In this document: positions 9,000 to 16,519 of the stretch, one piece after another
Numbering within the stretch: the stretch's first letter is position 1
Layout of the letters: every line of letters begins with the position of its first letter
Assembly (NCBI RefSeq): GCF_006345805.1
Contig: NW_021825343.1
Coordinates: forward strand, 1-16,519
Length of the DNA stretch: 16,519 bases
Source: Octopus sinensis
Taxonomy: Eukaryota
Direction: 5' to 3'
Program-made: the position numbers and the translations under genes
The notes under the pieces: model-generated
Databases searched by the model: none
What the model saw: the letters and a program-made list of their open reading frames with translations, nothing else
What the model was told of the DNA's origin: nothing

Positions 9000-9790
9000 G
9001 ATGTTCCAAAATTAATACAAAAGCGGGGACAGTTTTCTTTTCGGGGGTTTGTGCAAAGAAATCGGTCGTTCACTTCAGACATATTGGGAGAGTAACTCTC
9101 ATACTATATAATGGTATGACTTAGCACAGCCTCCATTGCAGTATGACTGGAGATCCACTAGCTCCATTTGCTAACACAGACTTTTATTGTCACACATTGT
9201 CATGATGAGGCATGGCTCATTTTCAAATTATTGTTCAGTTTCTGTCGCTCTACAGCGTCTGTGAGACGTTTTAATCTCTCAATGTATCGCTTGCTTTTCA
9301 CGGTAGAATCACACTTGGGAAAACCATGGAGAATAGCGCTCTTGCTAACCCCAATAAAGTTAACATAAATTTCCGTGCTGATTACTGGCGATTAAACATT
9401 TTCTGCCTTGGGAAATACGTAGGCCTTTGTTTCCGGATTTAACAGACTGAGCTTTTCCTTTTCGGATCATAAATGTACACCCAAGTGTCACACTCGGTTG
9501 TTAAAAGAAAACTGAGTTGAATATTTTAAAATGATTCCGGCAGATCGGATAGGACTTCTACATTTCTCTTCTTCCAGTTGGATTGACAAGATACCTGCCT
9601 TGCAGAGAGTATCGAAAAGGAAAATCTAATATATTTTGCAAAGCCTTGTGACTACAGGTTGTTGTGCCACAATCTAACTGGTGGGGATTCGTCAAATCAT
9701 TCGAATCAGTTCGTCCACTCGATTGAAATTATGTCAGAAGTTGTAGTTGGTGTTCTTCCATTGATAGGTTGTCATAAATACTTGTTAAGA
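9000..9790 (-). pseudogene. Second, older mariner transposase relic
   Basis: Colinear minus-strand motifs: GRTPT..RVDELIR (9721-9701); LSAR.V; DTWVYIYDP (9489-9463) ~ DETWVYxYDP; SARKFMLT (9381-9358) ~ SAGKVMLT; STVKSKRYIERLKRL; HHDN (9207-9196). TIRs were not confidently found. Confidence 0.8.
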
Positions 9791-9791
9791 C

Positions 9792-9860
9792 ATATTTATC
9801 TGAGAACTTTACACTTGTCTACAAGTTAATGTACATATATACAAATATATACATACATAT

Positions 9861-9908
<48 letters not shown>

Positions 9909-9986
9909 TTATAAAGTAATCCCTCGCCATATCGTTATTATTTTTATATTTATCTGAGAACTTTTACACTTCTCTACAAGTTTAAT
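9792..9986. repeat. ~40-bp direct repeat flanking (TA)n and an isolated Tigger-like terminus
   Basis: atatttatctgagaactttacacttgtctacaagttaat (9792-9830) vs atatttatctgagaacttttacacttctctacaagtttaat (9946-9986); ta-aagtaatccctcgccatatcg at 9912-9934. Confidence 0.8.
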
Positions 9987-10003
9987 ATAATTTCTGTGAA
10001 CAG

Positions 10004-10156
10004 CCTGTATGATTCTGAGGACACTGAAAATAAAATCCTGTACACCTGCAAGAACGACACTTCAATAAAAAGAAGTTGCTTCTGGTTCAAGTCAAGCGTA
10101 TTCTTCCATTGAAGAAAAAGAGGAAGAATTCCTGTAGAGGACGAATTACTCCACCG
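10004..10156 (+). CDS. Candidate 153-nt phase 2-2 exon with one in-frame TGA (10110-12)
   Basis: Acceptor tttctgtgaacAG (10002-03) and strong donor CCG|GTATGT (10157). Reads LYDSEDTENKILYTCKNDTSIKRSCFWFKSSVFFH*RKRGRIPVEDELLH-R. Phases fit both neighbouring candidate exons. Confidence 0.5.
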
Positions 10157-10224
10157 GTATGTACAGTATCAACGGCCTGTGTCTCTTAATCATAAATGAA
10201 TGTCCATTTTTACCTTCTGCAATA

Positions 10225-10520
10225 TTTTCAGTACTTCCATCTCTTGGAGGTGTCTGTGTGTGTGGGGGGAGAGATACAGAGTAGACACACACGTATGCAC
10301 AACACAGACTCACACAGAAACACACACACACATGTATGTATGGTATACATGAGTGTATGTGCATATGAATATGTATTTACATACATACAGACATACATAC
10401 ATGCATAAAGGTACACACATACACACATCCAAAAGCACGAGCACTTTCCACCCAAACAAACACACTTATACACACACGCGCGCACAAACACGAACACACG
10501 CACACACACACGTGCGCATA
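10225..10520. repeat. Degenerate CA/CATA-rich simple-repeat region
   Basis: Directly visible. Confidence 0.8.
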
Positions 10521-10632
10521 TATTCTTACCAACAGCAATATTAAAAAGCTTCGTCAGCAACATTTATTTTTCTTTACTTACGTTATTTCTGGATTTCATG
10601 TTTCTATTCTGATATTCTTTGACTGTTTTCAG

Positions 10633-10699
10633 TAACAGATACGATTCCATGGAACTACACCCGCTTTTAAATGGCTTAGTCAATCATGTCGGCGACTGA
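10633..10699 (+). CDS. Candidate last coding exon (R)NRYDSMELHPLLNGLVNHVGD*
   Basis: Pyrimidine-rich acceptor ttctttgactgttttcAG (10631-32), with an alternative in-frame AG at 10637-38. Phase 2 matches the donor at 10157. Stop TGA 10697-99. Contains ExxPLL. Confidence 0.5.
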
Positions 10700-10819
10700 T
10701 CTCATTTCAGTCTCGTTCATATGTATCGATCTTTTTTAATCGAATGGCTAAACTTCTGGAATATAGCATAAAGATCGCATTTCCATACACCAGTTTGCAT
10801 TGCCGTACACCTCTACAGC

Positions 10820-10957
10820 CATACACACGCATACAACATAATGCGTGTGCGACTGTGCGTGTACATGTACGTATTTGTATGCATGCATTTATACATGTAT
10901 GTTTATTTATACATACATACATTGCATACGTACATATATACACACGCATACATACAT

Positions 10958-10989
<32 letters not shown>

Positions 10990-11031
10990 GAAACACATAA
11001 ATACACATGCACGAACACACACATATATATG
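10820..11031. repeat. Degenerate (CATA)n/(CA)n simple repeats
   Basis: Directly visible. Confidence 0.8.
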
Positions 11032-11195
11032 TAGGCGTAGGAATGGCTGTGTGGTAAGTGACTTGCTAACGAACCACATGGCTCTGGGTTCAGTTCCACT
11101 GCGTGGCATCTTGGGCAAGTGTCTTCAACTATAGCCTCGGGTCGACCAAAGCCTTGTGAGTGTATTTGGTAGACGGAAACTGAAAGAAGCCCGTC

Positions 11196-11233
<38 letters not shown>

Positions 11234-11441
11234 AATGTATGTATGTATGTGTGTGTATATAAATGTATGTGATGTATGTTGTATGTGTGTGTATATAAAT
11301 GTATGTATGTATGTGTGTGTATATAAATGTATGTATGTATGTGTGTGTATATAATTGTGTGTCTGTGTTTGTCCCCCAGACATCGCTTGATAACTGATGC
11401 TGGTGTGTTCACGTCCCCGTAAATTAGCGGTTCGGTAAAAG
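11032..11441 (+). mobile_element. SINE family A, 3' part missing, expanded internal microsatellite
   Basis: Head and central block match the other copies; similarity stops after agcggttcggtaaaag. Confidence 0.88.
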
Positions 11442-11886
11442 CAAGATAGCTGCGATATAAGCTACGTCTTTCTATTTTAACTTTTGAAAATCAATGTAAA
11501 ATGGGAAACTCGTTAATTTTTGCGGGTATTAAAACATATATGAAATATTCTCAGTGCATTTTTAACTCCTGGTTTTTCCAATATTTCTACCCATGTGTAA
11601 TAAAATAACTTCGTTAGCTATATACATACATACATATGGCAGTTTTTGTCTGCCAAATATTTTTCAGAGGGTATTATTATTTGTCAAGCTGATGCGAGAA
11701 TAAATTCTTTTTTTTTCCATTAAATTGTATTGCCGCACAGATATAAAAGAATATGTTGGTACATGATTGAGAAATGCGTATCTTAGGCGCTGCGTTCTCA
11801 CTGCCTCCATTAATCCGCAATTACTTCTGGCTACATTCTGAAGATACCATGCCATAGCAAAATATAATATACAACCACATAATTAC

Positions 11887-12072
11887 GCAAGTTGCGTTGC
11901 GTTCTCTCTGATAAATTTATACTTTCATCAAATACCGCGTTACATCCAAACTGATTTGTTATAAATGTCTGAAACATCAATGAAGATGTAATTTTCGACG
12001 GGGGAAGCGGTTTCTCAATTTTCATAACAACGTTAGCGTCACATGCCATGAAAATGTCAGGAATTATTAAAT
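11887..12072 (-). CDS. Candidate 186-nt phase 1-1 exon, or decayed LINE endonuclease fragment
   Basis: Minus acceptor ccaattcctgtttgtctAG and donor TTGC|GTAATT. Open frame (D)LIIPDIFMACDANVVMKIEKPLPPSKITSSLMFQTFITNQFGCNAVFDESINLSERTQRNL. Product not recognised. Confidence 0.3.
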
Positions 12073-12364
12073 CTAGACAAACAGGAATTGGAATTATGTA
12101 GGTGAAACAATTAAGCATTCTGAAAGTGACCTCTTACACCGTTTAGTTTCCTATATTTCTATATAATTCTTTCAACATATATCGTATTATCTTCAGGTAA
12201 ATTACTTATCTGAAATTTCGTACGTACATACATTAGTGATAATCACTATAGAGACAAAAGTTAGATTCAATTCTGACTAACAATATTCTCTTCATAAATG
12301 TAACAGCATTGTTAGGAATAAGAACAAGAAGCGATAACCATTTCTGGTCTTTACTAACTTTTCG

Positions 12365-12986
12365 CTTTTACTTGCTGCATTCATTGGACCGCGTCCAAGA
12401 TAGGGACAACGCCATGAAGGATTAGTCGAACAAATTACCCCACCCCCACCTCAGTGCTTATATTTTAGGTTTGGTTCTCTTCTGTTCTGTTGGTTTCTTT
12501 GTTATTTCTTTATTACCCACAAGGGGTTAAACGTAGAGAGGACAAACAAAGGGATTAAGTCGATTACATCGACTCCAGTGCGTAACTGGTACTTAATTTA
12601 TCGATCCCAAAAGGATGAAAGGTAAAGTTGACCTCGCCGGATTTCGAACTCCGCTAAGAATGCCGCTAAGCATTTCGTCAAGCGTGCTAACGTTTCTGCC
12701 AGCTCGCCGCCTTTTTTTCTGTTGGTTTCTTTTTAGAAATTAGGGGTTGGGCGTCAATAAATCAACGCAGATTGCAAAAGTGGGGTTTGGGGCACAATTC
12801 AAAACACAATGCGACACACGCACACGCGCATACGACAAAAATATGCAGGATCTTTCAGTGTCCATCTACCAAATCAACAGTTAGTCTTTGATCGGCCCAG
12901 GGTTATAGTAGAAAACCCTTTTTCCAAGGTTATGAACGCGAAATCTTGTGTTTAGAAAGCAACCTTCTTACCGCACAGCCACACCG
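12365..12986 (-). mobile_element. Old degenerate family A SINE, interrupted by a family B SINE
   Basis: 3' end at 12365-12450 (cttttacttg...ttagtcgaacaaat); head and central block at ~12850-12986 (reverse complement ggtgtggctgtgcggtaag...gatttggtagatggacactgaaa). Confidence 0.65.
12501..12712 (-). mobile_element. tRNA-derived SINE family B with 16-bp TSD
   Basis: Head aggcggcgagctggcagaaacgttagc, B-box-like gagttcgaaatcc, tail aaagaaataac. TSD ttctgttggtttcttt at 12485-12500 and 12717-12732. Confidence 0.9.
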
Positions 12987-13073
12987 AAAATATTTAAAAG
13001 TATTTTCCTCAAAGATTAAAAAGCAATGTTAACAATTATAAAGAGAGCAACAGCTATTTCTAATATATGTGTA

Positions 13074-13265
13074 AAGGCAGCGAGCTTGCACAATCGTTAG
13101 CATACCGGTCGAAATACTTAACCGTATTTCTTCCGTCTTTACGTTCTGAGTTCAAATTGCGCCGAGGTTGACTTTGCCTTTCATCCTTCTGGGTTTTATA
13201 AAATAAGTACCAATTTAACAACGGGTCGATGTAATCGACTCAAGCTCTCCCTGAAAATTACTGGT
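13074..13265 (+). mobile_element. SINE family B (variant 3' end), diverged
   Basis: aaggcagcgagcttgcacaatcgttagc...gagttcaaattgcgccgaggttgactttgcc...gtcgatgtaatcgact. Confidence 0.85.
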
Positions 13266-13445
13266 ACTTAATTGGTAATCTAACTTACCAATCTCAGCAG
13301 GAGAAAAGCAAAATTAATGCGGGCCGAAAGCGAACTGGTAACATAAAGATACTGAATCAGATAGACTACTGCATGTTTGCAGCCCCTTTAACAAATTAAC
13401 CGATTTGCCACCTTAAAACTAATTCTAATATTCTTTTGAATCTTG

Positions 13446-13686
13446 AGGCGACGATCTGGCAGAATTGTTAGCACGCCGGGTAAAATGCTTAGTGATTATC
13501 TATTCCGAGTTTAGGGTTCGAATGACGCCGAGGTCGAATTTGTTTTTTTTTCATTATTTCGCTATATACAAAATAAGTACCAGTCGAACAGTGGTGGTGG
13601 TGGTGGTGGAATGGGGTAAATGTAGTCGACGTATCCCATCCCCCTGCAAAATTGCTGGTATTGTGATAAAATTTGAAACCGATATT
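13446..13686 (+). mobile_element. SINE family B variant, diverged, with internal (GGT)n
   Basis: aggcgacgatctggcagaattgttagcacgccggg...aaaattgctggtattgtgataaaatttgaaacc. Confidence 0.8.
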
Positions 13687-13759
13687 CTTTCTAAGTTAGT
13701 TCGGTGCCCGAAATTTTCAGACGAGTCGTGATGCTTGTTAACGATTCTTCCAACTCACC

Positions 13760-14167
13760 TATTTCTTTTTCTTTACTACCTACAAGGGGCTAAATACAGA
13801 GAGGACAAACAAGGACAGACAAAGGGATTAAGTCGAGTACCTCGACCCCAGTGCATAAATGGTACGTATTTAATCGACCCCGAAAGAATGAAAGGCAAAG
13901 TCGACCTCGGTGGAATTTGAACTCAGAACGTAACGGCAGAAGAAATACCTATTTCTTTACTACCACAGAGAGGACAAACAAGGACAGACAAACGGATTAA
14001 GTCGATTATATCGATCGCAGTGCATAACTGGTACTTATTTAATCGACCCCGGAAGGATGAAAGGCAAAGTCGACCTCGGCGGAATTTGAACTCAGAACGT
14101 AACGGCAGACGAAATACCGCTAAGCATTTCGCCCGGCGTGCTAACGATTCTTCCACCTCACCACCTT
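13760..14167 (-). mobile_element. Head-to-tail SINE family B dimer (full monomer 13950-14167 plus 5'-truncated monomer 13760-13949)
   Basis: Two colinear copies of gaggacaaacaaggacagac...gtcgacctcgg...actcagaacgtaacggcag. Junction palindrome GAAATA-CC-TATTTC at 13942-13955. Confidence 0.9.
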
Positions 14168-14848
14168 GATAATAATATTTCAAAAATTAACTTGTATATG
14201 CGAATAATAGACATGTTACAAAGATGTAGCAAAAAAACATATGAAAATGTACAACTAAGTTATAAGACGAGAAGAGGGCGGAGCCGATACGAAATATATT
14301 TTTTAAAATTTTATAGAACAGAGGTATTTAATAACACATAACTTGCTTATATAACTCAACAAACTGCCATCTGCCATAATTTGCTTTCTTTATCTTTTTC
14401 TACTGGTTGTCCAATAATTCGCTAGCGTTTGTATCATCGTGGCTGCTTTGTTGTTATTGTAAATTTTATTTGAATTCTCTCAAAATGTGGTTCTTATTTT
14501 TGTCACAATACAATTTTCATTTATTTTTCTACTTGTAAGTAGCAAATATCCGTTGGAAAAATTAAATTGCTTGTCATTTTTATTCATTGTGTTCACTACA
14601 TTTAATTCGTGATTGTAAACTTTTCCATATTCGCGGGCGTTTTCAGCAGTAAGTAGGTGTGACGTTATTTTACGAGTGGATTTCTTCACAAATTTTAATT
14701 TTCCCCCAAAATTACGAGAGTTAAAGATCTGTCCATCCTACTTAAGTAGAAAGTCCGCACTTATTAAAACGTTACATCAATTTTTCCTTTGCTATAATTC
14801 CAGAAGATTGAGAGATTGCGACAAAGATGTTTTACCTTTGAAATAAGA

Positions 14849-15012
14849 TATTATTGGTTTCAAATTTTGGCGCGAGTCCAGAAATGCTGGAGAGGATTTC
14901 AGTTGACTGTATCGACCCTAGTGCTCAATTATTAGGGAACTTATCTAATCCGAATGGATGAAAGACAAAGTCGGTCGCGAGTTAATCTGAACTCAGAATG
15001 TAAAGTAGAAGA
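14849..15012 (-). mobile_element. 5'-truncated, diverged SINE family B variant
   Basis: ggtttcaaattttgg...atcgaccctagtgctcaa...gatgaaagacaaagtcgg...aactcagaatgtaa. Confidence 0.75.
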
Positions 15013-15018
15013 AAAGCT

Positions 15019-15266
15019 GCAATCTGTGGGAGAGAATGGATCGATTACACCGACCACAGGCTACTGCAATTTTGGGTGAGGGGATGAATCGATTACACCG
15101 ACCACAGGCTACTGGAATTTTGGGTGAGGGGATAAATCGATTACACCGACCACGGGCTACTTATTTTTTCGACCGTGAATAGATGAAAGGCGAACTTGAA
15201 ATCAGCAGACGAAACACCGTTAAACATTTCGCTCGGCGTCTAACGATTCTGCCAGCTCACCACCTT
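15019..15266 (-). mobile_element. SINE family B variant with internal deletion and triplicated 47-48-bp 3' segment
   Basis: Head aaggtggtgagctggcagaatcgttagacgccgagcg at 15266 downward. Units at 15019-65, 15066-113 and 15114-161 share atcgattacaccgaccac(a/g)ggctact. Confidence 0.85.
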
Positions 15267-15723
15267 AATAATAATAATAACAACAATAATTATAATTATA
15301 ATAATATTAATAATAATAACAACAACAATAATTATAATTATAATAATATCAGTAATAATAACAACAATAATTATAATTGTAATAATATTAATAATAATAC
15401 ACAATAATTATAATAATAATAATAATAATGATATATAATAATAACAATAATAATTAAATATTATAATAATAATGATAATATTATAATAATAATAATACTA
15501 TTAATAATAATAATGATAATATTATTAATAATAATAATACTATTAATAATCATAATATTAATCTAATAATAACAACAATAATAATAATCAATAATAATAT
15601 TAATAATAATAATATCAATAATAATAATAACAACAATAATAATTATAATTAATATAATAATAATATTAATATTAATAATAATATTAATAATAATAATTAT
15701 AATAATAATAATAATTAATAATA
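15267..15723. repeat. Long degenerate (AAT)n microsatellite
   Basis: Directly visible. Confidence 0.95.
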
Positions 15724-16311
15724 GGTGATGTTGTTATAAGTAGTGTTTCATTCCCACCGATCAAAAAACGAAAAAAAATATCTTAATATTCATTTGTCAT
15801 TCTGTCGCAACAGTACAGATGCTGTTCCTTAAACACGGGTCTCAGATTCTTCAGTCGTTGTATGCAAAACTAATTGCATATAATAGATTCCAGTAAATTG
15901 TTGCTATAGAAATATGTGTAATTATTCTATTTCAGGAATGCTTTACGATTCGTATCGATTATTTATTATATAGAATAATTTCTACCTGCTGTGTTTCCTG
16001 AAAATATATTTAAGATTATATTCTGCACGATAACAATTCTGTTTTACTTACAAAAGCGTATATAATGTCACTGTTGACAATCTCTTACACAAATCGCTTA
16101 TTTATCAAACATTGTTAGTTTATAACGTCATCTGTTTATATGTTTTAGATTTTGCTATAACAGCTGGTGTTTCACTGGAAGGATATTAACAACGGGATTT
16201 TAATACCCTGATATTGATATGAAGATGAAGATATCGTCTTAGCTCACCGGAGTTTGTGTTCTGCTAATTAGATCCGATTGCAAACGCTACGAATAATACA
16301 GTTTAATATAT

Positions 16312-16430
16312 CTTTTATCTTCTATTTTGAGTCACTGAACTTTGGTCATGCTGGGACACCACCATAAAAGTTTTTAGTCGACTGCAACCAACCCAGTACC
16401 TCTTTCTATATCCAAGTACTTATTCTATCG
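16312..16430 (-). mobile_element. Degenerate 3' fragment of SINE family A
   Basis: ggtcatgctgggacaccacc...ttttagtcgac...agtacttattctatcg matches the reverse complement of the family A 3' region. Confidence 0.7.
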
Positions 16431-16519
16431 TAAGTGATGACAAAGGAATAACCAATTATCTTATGAATTTCGTTAGCTTACATCTGTTTTCACTAGAATT
16501 TTTGTTGGACTTATAGTTA

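Noticed and set aside
4368-11412. Many ORFs rich in Y/I/H/T/C/V/M or poly-N/poly-I
   Set aside because: They are translations of (TA)n, (CA)n, (CATA)n and (AAT)n microsatellites or SINE bodies, not genes.
10700-11700. SECIS element to explain the in-frame UGAs
   Set aside because: No AUGA...AA...GA kink-turn stem found by eye. The hairpin near 11540-11590 is plain Watson-Crick pairing without the GA quartet. A SECISearch run would be decisive.
14480-14737. 85-codon minus-strand open frame after a TAG acceptor (DGQIFNSRNFGG...)
   Set aside because: No convincing donor and no recognisable homology; within chance for this window.
15019-15161. CRISPR-like repeat-spacer pattern (26-nt core three times)
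   Set aside because: The spacers are homologous to each other and to the SINE 3' end; there are no cas genes and the context is eukaryotic.
16150-16215. LVFHWKDINN resembling a Cys-loop receptor segment
   Set aside because: Flanked by stops, no usable donor, and too short to support.

Overview
Eukaryotic, AT-rich, repeat-dense genomic DNA. The SINE families and dense (TA)n/(CATA)n/(AAT)n tracts strongly suggest an octopus (coleoid cephalopod) genome; this is recognition from sequence style and has not been verified. No prokaryotic genes, CRISPR arrays, rRNA or true tRNA genes were found, and most ORFs in the supplied track are microsatellite or SINE artefacts. The window contains: (1) copies or fragments of three tRNA-derived SINE families, some nested, dimeric or with target-site duplications; (2) an internally deleted mariner with TIRs and TA flanks (1748-2663), inserted into a decayed Penelope-like RT relic on the minus strand; (3) a type I hammerhead ribozyme with an intact catalytic core, a very long stem II and a dimer-type palindromic stem III (3642-3738, +); (4) a second mariner relic and a Tigger-like MITE; (5) two tandem duplications with breakpoints in (TA)n tracts; (6) an extended palindromic RFX X-box; (7) three phase-compatible + strand candidate exons (5584-5710, 10004-10156, 10633-10699) whose joined frame has two in-frame TGA codons and ends near an ExxPLL sorting motif. 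The sequence may contain indel errors, so frame-dependent claims are tentative.
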